Origin: Sedimentisphaerales bacterium
GTDB taxonomy: Bacteria > Planctomycetota > Phycisphaerae > Sedimentisphaerales > Anaerobacaceae
Reading direction: 5' to 3'
DNA: 64,000 nt
Assembly (NCBI GenBank): GCA_040772485.1
Contig: JAXGYC010000007.1
Location: 128,001-192,000 of the forward strand
Made by a program: the position numbers and the translations under genes. Under the pieces are notes generated by a model. The model was not told the origin of the DNA and did no database searches. It saw nothing but the letters and a program-made list of their open reading frames with translations. How positions within the stretch are numbered: the stretch's first letter is position 1; each line of letters opens with the position of its first letter. Shown here in pieces: positions 55,038 to 64,000 of this stretch.

Positions 55038-57917
55038 TTATGCCACCTTGCCACACGCGGCACATTCGAGTGCGATCGAGGCCAGGTGTTCGGTCACCCG
55101 GCCCCGGACCCACACGGGACCGCCGTAGGAGCAAATGCTTCGATACAGCCCGATCTGGTCGGGGAAGAAACTGACCTCGGCCAGACCGGTGGAATCCTCC
55201 AGGGTGACAAACCCCATCACCCGGCCGTCGCTGGTCCTGGCGCGCCGTGCGGTCGCCACGAAACCGGCCACTGTCGTTCTCTTTCCAACGAGGCGCTGCA
55301 ATTGGACCGCTGGCACGTATCCGGCCGGCAGCAATATCGCCGGGTGCACGCCAAAGGAAATACCCGTGACGTCCAGCTCCGCCTTCAGTTTTGCAATCCG
55401 GTCATAGTCCGGCAAACGCTCTGCACGATGGTCCCGATAGATATCGAATAGCATCGGCTGGTCCGGCTTGGGCAGGGCCAGATGCAATCGATTGAGCATC
55501 GCCGGACGCGTGGATCCCAGGCCGTCGCAGGCGCCGACGTGAATCAGATTCTGCAACTGCGGCTTGCGAAACGCCACGCGCTGCCTCAGGTCGTCGAGGT
55601 GCTCGAACGCGCGAATCTGCCGCTGGCGAACGATCTCGTTCGCGGTGCTGTGGTTCAGTCCCTTGACGATATTGAACCCGGCTCGAATCGCCCTGCCCTG
55701 CACGCTCCATTCAATCTCGCTGTGATTAACGTGGACAGGCAGGATCGGAATGCCCCGCCTTCTGGCATCCCAGACGTAGACCCGCAACGGGTACATCCCG
55801 TGGTGGTTGTTGAAAAGGGAGCAATAGAACTGAGCCGGGTAATGGGCCTTGAGATACGCGGTTTCCCACGCGATGTTGGCATAGACCGTCGCATGGGCCT
55901 TGCAGTAGGAATACGCCGCAAAACGCAGAATCTCATCCCAGATCGCCTCAGCGCTCCGGCGGTCGATCCCCGCCCGGTCTGCCTTCGACCGAACGAAATC
56001 GACGTACTGCGCCTGCAAACGGGCGGGGGAAACCTTTTTGGAGACCTCGGAGCGAAACCGATCCGCGTCGGCGACCGTATAGCCGGCCACCTCGACTGCG
56101 ATCCGCATGACGTCCTCCTGATAAAGCATCACGCCATAGGTGTCGCCCAGCAACTGTTCGAGTTTCGGATGGAGGTATGCAAAGGGCTTTCCGTGGACGT
56201 GCCTCTCGATGAACGCCGCCTTCATTCCGCCGGAAGCCGGTCCCGGCCGAATCAGGGACAGGGCAATCGCCAGGTCTTTCCTGCTCCTGACCTTCAGGCC
56301 GCGAAGCAACTGCCTCATGCCGGGCGATTCACTTTGAAACACGCCCAGGCTGTCGCCGGCGCTGAGCATCTGCGCGGTCTTCTCGTCATTCGGATCGAAG
56401 TCCAAATCGCGTTTGTTGCCGTGGCCACGATCGATGATTTGAATTGCGCCGTTAACCGTGGACAAGGCCCGGTTGCCCAAAAGGTCGATCTTGACCAAAC
56501 CGACAGCTTCGGCGGCGTCTTTGTCATACTGCGTAATGACGACCCCTTTGGCGGCCCGTTCCAGCGGAGCGATATGGCTTACCGGGGAAGGAGTCACGAC
56601 GATCCCGCCGCAATGAACACCCAGATGACGAGGGATGCCGACCAGGCTCTTCGCCAGCCGGTAAACAGCGGAGGTCTCTTTGATCTTTCCGCCTCGGGTC
56701 AACTGGTTGATCTGGACGGGCGCCAGTCCCAGGGCTCTGCCGGCGTCGCGGATCGCGCTGCGAAGCCGGTATCGATTGACATTGCAGACCATCGCGACAT
56801 TTTCGAAGCCCCAACGCTCGTAACAGAACCGGATGACCTCGTCCCGTCTGCGCCAGCACAGATCGATGTCGATATCGGGACAATCCGTCCGCCCGGGATT
56901 CATGAAACGCTCGAAGTACAGACGGTTTTCGACCGGACAGACCCGCGTGAAACCCAGCACATAAGAGATCAAAGCCCCGGCGGCCGAGCCCCGCACCTCG
57001 ACCGGAATCCGGTTCTGCCGGGCGAAACTGACGATCTCGTGGACCACGAGGAAGTAATCACTGAACCCGTTCTGCCGGACCGTCGTCAGTTCGTATTCCA
57101 GGCGCCGAAGGACTTCCTCGCTCACAGGGTTATACTTCTTCGCCAGCCCTCGATGGCACAGTCTGGCCAATTCCCTGTCGGCGTTCATCCCTGCGGCCAG
57201 CCGGACCTTGGGCAGAATCGGTTTGCCCGTCAGCAACCGGAAATCGCATCGCGGGACCATTTCGTCGGCATGGAGAAGGGCTCTCGGGACCTTGTGGAAC
57301 TTTCGTTCCACTTCTTTAGCCGGAATCATCGCGTCCAGACCGCATGGATCGGGTGGGCCGGCCCCTGCCCCGCTCATCGTGCGGATTCTATTCAAGACTT
57401 TGAGAATCTCGACATCGCCCTCTTGTAGCCAGTTGGCATGTCGCCAGGCCACAGACTCGAACCCGGCCGCGTACGCACGCGCCGCCTCCTCCGCATCGCC
57501 GCAGCCGACGAACAAATACCCTTTGCTCAAGACCTGTCTCAATTCGCTCAAGAGTTCCGGCATGTTGCACAGACAGATCACCCCCCTGCAATCGATTTTC
57601 AACTGCTCGACGAGATCGAAACAGGGATCGAGATTCCTGGCGGTGATGATTCGGCAAAGATTCTCGTACCCGTGGCGATTCTCCGCCAGCAGGATTGCAC
57701 GCTGGGTCTCGGTCAGAATCTCGACGCCGAGGATCGGCCGAACGCCGGCGACCTCCGTTGCCTTCCAGAGATCGACCGCGCCCGAGAGCGAATTGACGTC
57801 GGCCACGGCCACCGCCCCATAGCCGCACTCGGCGGCCCTGGCGACCCATCGCTCAACCGAAACGGCCCCCCTCAAAAGGCTGTAGAAACTCCGGCATGTC
57901 AGCGCCGCGATGCGCAT
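55038..57917 (-). CDS. dnaE2: DNA polymerase III alpha, DnaE2/ImuC-like (error-prone)
   Basis: PHP-like SFYSLLRG, RGSAAG, PDIDID, HCGG, KIDLLG, GVFQSES, YSYCKAHA, C-terminal OB fold (FVTLEDSTG); in a lexA operon. Confidence 0.88.
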   Translation of the reverse strand: MRIAALTCRSFYSLLRGAVSVERWVARAAECGYGAVAVADVNSLSGAVDLWKATEVAGVRPILGVEILTETQRAILLAENRHGYENLCRIITARNLDPCFDLVEQLKIDCRGVICLCNMPELLSELRQVLSKGYLFVGCGDAEEAARAYAAGFESVAWRHANWLQEGDVEILKVLNRIRTMSGAGAGPPDPCGLDAMIPAKEVERKFHKVPRALLHADEMVPRCDFRLLTGKPILPKVRLAAGMNADRELARLCHRGLAKKYNPVSEEVLRRLEYELTTVRQNGFSDYFLVVHEIVSFARQNRIPVEVRGSAAGALISYVLGFTRVCPVENRLYFERFMNPGRTDCPDIDIDLCWRRRDEVIRFCYERWGFENVAMVCNVNRYRLRSAIRDAGRALGLAPVQINQLTRGGKIKETSAVYRLAKSLVGIPRHLGVHCGGIVVTPSPVSHIAPLERAAKGVVITQYDKDAAEAVGLVKIDLLGNRALSTVNGAIQIIDRGHGNKRDLDFDPNDEKTAQMLSAGDSLGVFQSESPGMRQLLRGLKVRSRKDLAIALSLIRPGPASGGMKAAFIERHVHGKPFAYLHPKLEQLLGDTYGVMLYQEDVMRIAVEVAGYTVADADRFRSEVSKKVSPARLQAQYVDFVRSKADRAGIDRRSAEAIWDEILRFAAYSYCKAHATVYANIAWETAYLKAHYPAQFYCSLFNNHHGMYPLRVYVWDARRRGIPILPVHVNHSEIEWSVQGRAIRAGFNIVKGLNHSTANEIVRQRQIRAFEHLDDLRQRVAFRKPQLQNLIHVGACDGLGSTRPAMLNRLHLALPKPDQPMLFDIYRDHRAERLPDYDRIAKLKAELDVTGISFGVHPAILLPAGYVPAVQLQRLVGKRTTVAGFVATARRARTSDGRVMGFVTLEDSTGLAEVSFFPDQIGLYRSICSYGGPVWVRGRVTEHLASIALECAACGKVA

Positions 57918-57956
57918 ACCTTCCCCGCCCATACCAACGACACTGTACAGAAATGG

Positions 57957-58808
57957 TTATCGACCGATGGCGATCCTGGCCAGATTCGGATATGTCTTGA
58001 GAAGCCCCTCTGGAATCGGCTGCTTCTTCCCGGTGACGAGGGCCTTCAGTTCGAGAGCATTGGCCAGTTCGGCCCCTCGGTAATGATTGTTGGCGATTAC
58101 GGTCAGCGACTCGAAGGCCTTGCCCAGCTCGTCGAGCCGCTGCTTGATCCCGGCTAATTCGCGCTCGTTGTAGTAATAGTTGTAGACCTCATCCCGTCCG
58201 GCCTTGCTGAACCACTTCTCGGCGTTCCTGCCGTGCATGCGAAAATAGCCCGACCGGCCGACCGTGCAATGCTGCAACTTGAACGACTGCTTCGACGTCG
58301 GGTAATCCAGATTGCACACCGTCACGCCGAGCCGCTGGAGAAAGTCCAGCGCCCCTTGGCTCTCCCACGACACGTGCCGCAACTCCACCACCAGGCTGAA
58401 CGTCTCCTGGAAATGGCTGACGATGTCCGCCAGGTGCCGCCTGGCAGGCTCGCCGTCGGAAAAATCGTACCGGAACTGAACGAGAAGATGCCTCAGTTTC
58501 CTCGCCTCCAGGAACGGCTCAAACCCGCGATGAAACTGCTTGACGATCTCCGGATCGACCTTGCCTTCATGGGTGAAGCTCTGGTGCAGTTTAGCGGTAA
58601 AGAAGAACTCCGGCCTCTGTGACGTCCGCTCCAGCCAGGACCGAACCGTTTTGGCGAACGGCGGCCGGTAAAACGTGCTGTTGATCTCGATACAGTCCAC
58701 GAACCCGCTGACATAGACGAGTTGATCGATCTGGGAATCGGTGTACACGATCCCTTCCCAGTCCGCATAGGACCAACCCGCGATGCCAATGGAAACCGGA
58801 CAGACCAT
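57957..58808 (-). CDS. DUF72 (YecE-like) TIM-barrel protein
   Basis: IGIAGWSYADWEG, IEINSTFYRPP, VELRH, YFRMHGRN, YNYYY, ANNH. Confidence 0.9.
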   Translation of the reverse strand: MVCPVSIGIAGWSYADWEGIVYTDSQIDQLVYVSGFVDCIEINSTFYRPPFAKTVRSWLERTSQRPEFFFTAKLHQSFTHEGKVDPEIVKQFHRGFEPFLEARKLRHLLVQFRYDFSDGEPARRHLADIVSHFQETFSLVVELRHVSWESQGALDFLQRLGVTVCNLDYPTSKQSFKLQHCTVGRSGYFRMHGRNAEKWFSKAGRDEVYNYYYNERELAGIKQRLDELGKAFESLTVIANNHYRGAELANALELKALVTGKKQPIPEGLLKTYPNLARIAIGR

Positions 58809-58816
58809 CGTCGCAC

Positions 58817-59437
58817 CTACCTGATTTCCGTGCGGATGCAGCCGATGACCCGGCCGACCGCGCGAACGTCTTTATCGAACTGCCTGATATAGCGGGTTTT
58901 GTACCCCGCCTTGCGATTGGCCGGCTTCAGGGCGATCCGGTTCTTCTGAACGAACACCCTCTTGACCGTGGCCTCGTCGTCGAGCAGCACGACGCCGATC
59001 TGCCCATCCTCGATCTTCGAGCCGGATGCGACGACGACGTAATCGCCGTCCATGATGCCCTCGTCGACCATGCTGTCGCCGGAGACCCGCAGGGCAAAGG
59101 TTCCCTTCGAGCAACGGAAGAGCTTTTCGAAGGTCATGTAGCCTTCGATGTTCTGCTCGGCCAGGATCGGCTCGCCGGCCGCGACCCGCCCAAGGATCGG
59201 CAGACCTTCGGCGTCCGCTGTCTCGTCAAGATACGCCGGAGACAGACGAAGCCCCCGGTGGCCGCCCACATCCACCAGATAGCCCTTTTTCCTGAGATAG
59301 CCCACGAGTTGATAGGCCGCATTCTGGGCCATCTTGAAATGGCCGGCGATCTCCCGCTGGCTCGGCGGGTGGTCCTCCTGCAACCGGGCGGCGACAAACT
59401 CCAGAACCTTCCTTTGTTTTTCCGTCAATGGCTCCAT
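58817..59437 (-). CDS. lexA: SOS repressor LexA
   Basis: LTEKQ, PPSQREIA wHTH; GRVAAG (Ala-Gly cleavage site); GDSM (Ser); ATVKR (Lys). Confidence 0.94.
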   Translation of the reverse strand: MEPLTEKQRKVLEFVAARLQEDHPPSQREIAGHFKMAQNAAYQLVGYLRKKGYLVDVGGHRGLRLSPAYLDETADAEGLPILGRVAAGEPILAEQNIEGYMTFEKLFRCSKGTFALRVSGDSMVDEGIMDGDYVVVASGSKIEDGQIGVVLLDDEATVKRVFVQKNRIALKPANRKAGYKTRYIRQFDKDVRAVGRVIGCIRTEIR

Positions 59438-59466
59438 AGCATACACTCCAAACAAACCCAAATGCC

Positions 59467-59499
59467 AATCTATGGTTGATTGACCATTGTGTCAATCAA
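59467..59499 (-). promoter_or_regulatory. lexA promoter with overlapping palindromic operator
   Basis: TTGACA(59495-59490)-N17-TAGATT(59472-59467); inverted repeat TTGATTGAC-N6-GTCAATCAA at 59476-59499. Confidence 0.72.
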
Positions 59500-59565
59500 A
59501 AAAATCCCACGATCTCGATTTTTTCTTGACCGGCTCGCCCTGCCCCCTCGATAAGGGGCATTGTC

Positions 59566-59594
59566 CTGACGCAAATACCGCTGGACACTATAAT
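59566..59594 (+). promoter_or_regulatory. Putative promoter of the macrodomain-ADH genes
   Basis: CTGACG-N17-TATAAT. Confidence 0.45.
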
Positions 59595-59645
59595 AAGCTC
59601 CACCGCCGAGCCGTTGCTCGCCGGCGCATCGAGGAGACCGAGATC

Positions 59646-60176
59646 ATGAGGGTCGAAGTAGCAGGCCGTGTTCTGGAACTGATCGAGGGCGATATCACGG
59701 AGATGGACACCGACGCCATCGTCAACGCGGCCAACGCCCGCCTGATCCTGGGCGGCGGCGTGGCCGGCGCGATCGCCCGCAAAGGCGGTCCGGCCATCCA
59801 GGCCGAATGCGACCGGATCGGAGGCACCTTCGTCGGCGGCGCCGCGATCACCACCGGTGGCCGCCTGAAGGCCCGGCACGTGATCCACGCCGTCGGACCT
59901 CGCATGGGAGAGGGCCGCGAGGACGAGAAGCTCACCAACGCAACCCGGAACGCGCTGAAAGTGGCCGATGAGAACGGCCTCAAGAGCATCGCCTTTCCCG
60001 CCATCAGCACCGGCATCTTCGGCTTCCCCATCCAGCGCTGCGCCGAGATCATGCTGGCGACCACCATAGACTATCTCAAGGGACAGACCGGCCTCGAACG
60101 AGTCGTGTTCTGTCTGTACGGCCGCGAGAGCTTCGACGTCTTCGCCGAGCAGCTCAAGCGGGAGCAGATCGCATGA
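59646..60176 (+). CDS. Macrodomain protein (MacroD/YmdB-like ADP-ribose hydrolase)
   Basis: GDIT, AIVNAAN, GGGVAGAI, VIHAVGP, PAISTGIFGFP; GAGG RBS. Confidence 0.93.
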   Translation: MRVEVAGRVLELIEGDITEMDTDAIVNAANARLILGGGVAGAIARKGGPAIQAECDRIGGTFVGGAAITTGGRLKARHVIHAVGPRMGEGREDEKLTNATRNALKVADENGLKSIAFPAISTGIFGFPIQRCAEIMLATTIDYLKGQTGLERVVFCLYGRESFDVFAEQLKREQIA

Positions 60177-61210
60177 AGGCGATCATACTTCCACGAATTG
60201 CTCCTATCGAAGAGGAACCGCTGGTCGAGACGGAACTGCCGACGCCGGTTCCGAAGAACGATGAGATCCTGGTGAAGGTCTCGGTCTGCGGCCTGTGCCA
60301 TACCGATCTCGACGAGATCGAAGGCCGGCTCCCGCCGCGCACACTGCCCGTCGTCCTGGGACACCAGGTCGTCGGAACCGTCGTCCAGCGAGGTCCGCTC
60401 GCGACCGTGCACGAGATCGGGGCGCGCGTCGGCGTCACCTGGCTGTATTCCAGTTGCGGGACGTGCCCGTTCTGTCGAAGCGGCCGGGAGAACCTCTGCG
60501 ATCGCGCCCGCTGGACCGGCAAGGACGCCAACGGAGGCTACGCGGAATTCATGGTCGTGCGCGAGGGCTATGCGCACTCGATCCCCGCGGTCTTCTCCGA
60601 CGCGCAGGCGGCGCCGTTGCTGTGCGCCGGCGTGATCGGCTATCGGGCGATTCGCCTGTCGGAAATCTGTGACGGCCAGACTGTCGGTCTGTTTGGATTC
60701 GGGGCCTCGGCCCACATCGTGATCCAACTGCTTCGGCACCAATTCCCGAGGAGTGAAGTGTTCGTCTTCACGCGAGGCGACGAGCACAAGGAGCTGGCTC
60801 GCACACTTGGCGCCGCCTGGACCGGTTCGCCTGCAGACGAGCCACCGGTCCGACTGGACCGGGCCATCGATTTCACCCCGGTCGGCGAGACCGTTCGACA
60901 GGCCCTGTCCGTCCTGAACAAAGGCGGACGTGTGGTCGTCAACGCCATCCGAAAGGCGAGCGCCGTGCCGGAGCTGATCTACGAACGGCATCTCTGGGAC
61001 GAGAAGGAGATCAAGAGCGTCGCCAACGTGACACGGCAGGATGCCCACGAATTCCTTCCCCTGGCCGCCGACATCCCTCTTGACTCGACAGTCGAAGAGG
61101 TTGGGCCCGAAAGGATCAATCAGGCCCTGCTGCGCCTCAAGGAGGGGAAGATCCGGGCCGCGGCGGTGCTGCATCCGGCGGCGGGCGAGCGGCATGGCCC
61201 GGTCCCGTAA
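60173..61210 (+). CDS. Zinc-dependent alcohol dehydrogenase family protein
   Basis: CGLCHTDL, GHQVVG, CGTCPFC...ENLC, GLFGFGASAH; ATGA coupling. Confidence 0.92.
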   Translation: MKAIILPRIAPIEEEPLVETELPTPVPKNDEILVKVSVCGLCHTDLDEIEGRLPPRTLPVVLGHQVVGTVVQRGPLATVHEIGARVGVTWLYSSCGTCPFCRSGRENLCDRARWTGKDANGGYAEFMVVREGYAHSIPAVFSDAQAAPLLCAGVIGYRAIRLSEICDGQTVGLFGFGASAHIVIQLLRHQFPRSEVFVFTRGDEHKELARTLGAAWTGSPADEPPVRLDRAIDFTPVGETVRQALSVLNKGGRVVVNAIRKASAVPELIYERHLWDEKEIKSVANVTRQDAHEFLPLAADIPLDSTVEEVGPERINQALLRLKEGKIRAAAVLHPAAGERHGPVP

Positions 61211-61381
61211 CCCTGGGTTTCCCACAAACCTGCGTTTTGCCTTGACCTGCCGTGCGAAACGACTATACTGATTTTTGGTCGGCTGCGTCCCCAACACCGA
61301 GTGAGACGCTCCGTGGTGGGCCGGACCATGTCGTGGCGGCTGGGGGACAGATGGGTCTCTGCTTGCTCTGGGAAGCACCGC

Positions 61382-61870
61382 ATGGACACGAAGTTCAACG
61401 TATTTGAAGTCCTGCAAATCGCCGAGCAGATCGAGAACAAGGGGGCCCGATTCTATCTCAAGACCGCCCAGCTTTTCAGCGACCCGGAGATTCGAGACAT
61501 TCACTACCGGCTGGCCAACTGGAAGGCCAAGCACGTCAAGATCTGGGCCCGGATGCGGAAACGCTTCTCTGAGAAAACCGGGGAGTTCGGGACGTTCGAT
61601 CCGGACAACTACGTGCTGAGCAACCCCGAGGTGATGGCGGGACTGACGTGGTTCGGCACGAAACAGGATGAGCCGGGCCGGCTGACCGGCAAGGAGACCA
61701 AACAGCAGATTCTCCGCGACGCCGTCCGCCGCGCCAACGAGGTCATCATCTTCTACCAGGGCCTGAAGGACTTCGCCCGCGATCCGGCGACGGAAGAGGT
61801 CATCGACAAGATCCTCCGCGAGCAGACACGTCAGATTCGCCTCCTCAACGAAGAGCTTGCGAAGGCCTGA
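61382..61870 (+). CDS. Ferritin-like/rubrerythrin-type four-helix protein
   Basis: AEQIENKGARFY...KAKH and ANEVIIFY...ILREQ; metal ligands partly lost; TTGACC-N16-TATACT upstream at 61242-61269. Confidence 0.72.
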   Translation: MDTKFNVFEVLQIAEQIENKGARFYLKTAQLFSDPEIRDIHYRLANWKAKHVKIWARMRKRFSEKTGEFGTFDPDNYVLSNPEVMAGLTWFGTKQDEPGRLTGKETKQQILRDAVRRANEVIIFYQGLKDFARDPATEEVIDKILREQTRQIRLLNEELAKA

Positions 61871-61910
61871 CCGCAACGCCGCTCGTCGTCACCAGATCAT
61901 CGAGGACCGC

Positions 61911-63170
61911 TCACGAGGCGCTCGGCATCTCGGCCGGACTGAGGTCTCCCGCCAGGAGCTTGCCGATGGGTCTGAGCGTGTCGTACTGCATCAGGAAGAT
62001 CCGCAACGCCGCCGTGATGGGCGCCGCCAGAAACATGCCCACGATCCCCCAGAGAAGCCCCCAGAACGACAGCGCCAGGATGACGGTCACCGGATGCAGG
62101 TTCAGACCCTCGCCCTGGAGCTTCGGCTCGATGATATTGCCAAGGATATTCTGAACGGCGCCGGGCCCTATCACCACCAGAACGATGAGCCAGGGGGAGG
62201 ACTGGAACTGCACCACCGCGATGGGTATGGGCAGCAGAGTGGCGATGATCGATCCAATCGATGGAATGAAGTTGAGCAGGAAGGCCAGGATGCCGAAGGC
62301 GCCGGCCAGTTCCAGGCCCACAAGGGTCAGGATCGCCCAGACCAGCAGGCCGGTGATGGTGGAGACCACCAGCTTGATGCCCACGTATCGTCGGATCTTC
62401 TGCACCACCTCGGTGTAGACGGGCGAATGATGGCTGTAAGGATCGCGCCCCATCAGCAGGAAGATCACGAAGATGACGACGAAGAACATGCTGGAGATCA
62501 GACCGAGGATCGTTCCAAACGCATTGGTCACGATATTGAAGATGTAGTTCCTCATATCCACGACGATCCGCTTGGTGTCGATGCGCAGTCCCTTGCTGGC
62601 CAGGCCGCCCGGAGGGATGACCTGATTGGGATCGATCAGGCCGTTGGCATCGGTCACGAAGTCGTCCGTCTGGGGTCGCGTCCCCAGAGTCGCCTGCTCG
62701 CCGGCGTCCTGTACAATGGGAAACAGCACCAGCGGCTCCGGTTCCGGAGGGGCCGGCGCCGGCAACGGCGGTCCCACATTGTTCGGCGCCGCCGGCGGCT
62801 GTTGCTCCTCCTCGTGATAGAGGTATTCGATCGGTTCGAGGATCTTGTCGGCCATGTAGGCGAAGCTGGCACTGTACTCGTTGGCGGTTGAAACGATGAT
62901 CGTCGTCGCCTGGGCAATCAGAAGAAACACCAGCACGATCACCGCCATCACGACGAGCAACGTCACCAGGATCGCGATGACGCGGGGCAGCCGGAGCCGC
63001 TTGACCTGGAAATCCTCGACGGGGCTGACCAGCGCGACGATGAACAGCGCGACAACGAAGGGAACCATCACCGCACGAGTGTAGACCAGCGCCGCTGCCA
63101 GCGCCACCGCCGCCAAGACCACCAGGGACGCTGTTGTCAGCCACGTCTGTTCTTGTCGCTCACGCAGCAT
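61911..63170 (-). CDS. AI-2E (PerM) family transporter
   Basis: LLNFIPSIGS, GNIIEPKL, LHPVTVILALSFWGLLWGIVGMFLAAP. Confidence 0.9.
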   Translation of the reverse strand: MLRERQEQTWLTTASLVVLAAVALAAALVYTRAVMVPFVVALFIVALVSPVEDFQVKRLRLPRVIAILVTLLVVMAVIVLVFLLIAQATTIIVSTANEYSASFAYMADKILEPIEYLYHEEEQQPPAAPNNVGPPLPAPAPPEPEPLVLFPIVQDAGEQATLGTRPQTDDFVTDANGLIDPNQVIPPGGLASKGLRIDTKRIVVDMRNYIFNIVTNAFGTILGLISSMFFVVIFVIFLLMGRDPYSHHSPVYTEVVQKIRRYVGIKLVVSTITGLLVWAILTLVGLELAGAFGILAFLLNFIPSIGSIIATLLPIPIAVVQFQSSPWLIVLVVIGPGAVQNILGNIIEPKLQGEGLNLHPVTVILALSFWGLLWGIVGMFLAAPITAALRIFLMQYDTLRPIGKLLAGDLSPAEMPSAS

Positions 63171-63220
63171 GGTTTCCTCAAAGCAATCGTCTTGCCCCGC
63201 AGGGCTCGCAGTCATCCGGC

Positions 63221-64000
63221 CTATCGGCAACGCACGAACCGATGCCTGTCGATCTGGAGATCAGGCAGGCGCCTTGCCAGATCCTCCAGGAACCGCAACC
63301 CATCGGTCCAATAGCCGGCCGTGGGTTTCAGATCCGAACTCATCGACACAAAATAGGCGTTCATGCACTCCATCAGCAACTCCCGGACGTACTTGCTGAC
63401 CATCGACGCCAGCGACACCGGCAGGTGCCGCTCGTCGGCTCCGACCTCGAAGCTCAGATGCACGCTCCGGGAACCGCCGCGCAGCACGTAGGCGCTTCGC
63501 CGCTCGTTCTCCTCGACGATCTGTAGTTCCATCGACTCGAAGCTGCGCAGCAGATGCTCCCGATAGTGGACGCGTCCCCCTTGCCTGTCAATCAAAATGT
63601 GGATGTCCTGGTCGGCGAAACGCTTCATCAGGTCCTGCAACAGTCGCGTGGTGGTGAAAAAGAGAACGTGAGACTTGTTCTTCATCTGCTCGATCAGCGT
63701 ATTGTAGTAGGCGACGTCGAGGCAGTAGGTCGACAGGCCCACGAGAGTCGCACGAGCCGCGGCCATGTCGTCTGCGAACACGCCCGATGCGATGCGCAGT
63801 TCGGGTCGATCCGACGGCAGAAGCCGGGATTCAGCCCCGCGATACCACGGGTACTCCGTCACACGCCGCTGGCATTCCGGACACACGAGTTTCAGAAGAT
63901 CGCTCAGACTCGCGGGGACCTGTCCCAGGCTTCGGATCGCGGCAAGAACCGTTCGCTCCAGATGCCCCAATCCCTCGTCACGGTTGTAGGCCTTCTTGCT
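63221..64000 (-). CDS. RNase HII-like protein (5' end beyond the window)
   Basis: IDRQGGR, ADERHLPVSLASMVSKYVRE, GYWTDG. Confidence 0.65.
   Translation of the reverse strand, partial: SKKAYNRDEGLGHLERTVLAAIRSLGQVPASLSDLLKLVCPECQRRVTEYPWYRGAESRLLPSDRPELRIASGVFADDMAAARATLVGLSTYCLDVAYYNTLIEQMKNKSHVLFFTTTRLLQDLMKRFADQDIHILIDRQGGRVHYREHLLRSFESMELQIVEENERRSAYVLRGGSRSVHLSFEVGADERHLPVSLASMVSKYVRELLMECMNAYFVSMSSDLKPTAGYWTDGLRFLEDLARRLPDLQIDRHRFVRCR

Noticed and set aside
59646..60176. Macrodomain as part of a DarTG or Thoeris defence system
   Set aside because: A stand-alone MacroD/YmdB type with no DarT, TIR or SIR2 partner nearby
1..64000. tRNA, rRNA, integrase, prophage or riboswitch
   Set aside because: None recognised by eye; a covariance-model scan is needed to exclude small RNAs

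Overview
Bacterial chromosomal window, GC-rich by eye. It is probably Planctomycetota (Phycisphaerae/Sedimentisphaerales-like); this is an inference from a LEPR-xLL motif, a C-terminal dockerin/EF-hand-like tail and a planctomycete-type RNase HII-like gene. About 52 kb is a minus-strand surface-polysaccharide super-locus, split into two blocks by a plus-strand recQ. Block A (52.8 to 18.2 kb) holds a truncated LEPR-xLL ORF, two paralogous secreted alpha/alpha proteins, a small secreted protein, wza, wzc, a TPR O-antigen-ligase-like protein, a Wzx/Wzy cassette bounded by IS3 and IS5 scars, and an oxidoreductase. It continues with WecB/TagA, an unusual ACP + adenylating enzyme + AsnB + NadE + two SGNH-like module, WecA and a Cys-ladder beta-helix protein. 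Block B (15.4 kb to the left edge) holds WecB/TagA, a second wzc, wzy, a sulfotransferase, a methyltransferase, wzx, glycosyltransferases and a second asnB. Both blocks start with a sigma70-like promoter carrying the same TACGTAT-N3-T(A/G)CGTAT direct repeat at an identical distance from the -10 box. The right 11 kb has a Tat aldo/keto reductase, a lexA-DUF72-dnaE2 cassette without imuA/imuB and with a candidate SOS box, a macrodomain, a Zn-ADH, a ferritin-like protein, an AI-2E transporter and a partial RNase HII-like gene. I saw no rRNA, tRNA or CRISPR array. All calls come from motif recognition by eye, with no database searches, and start codons were adjusted by hand.
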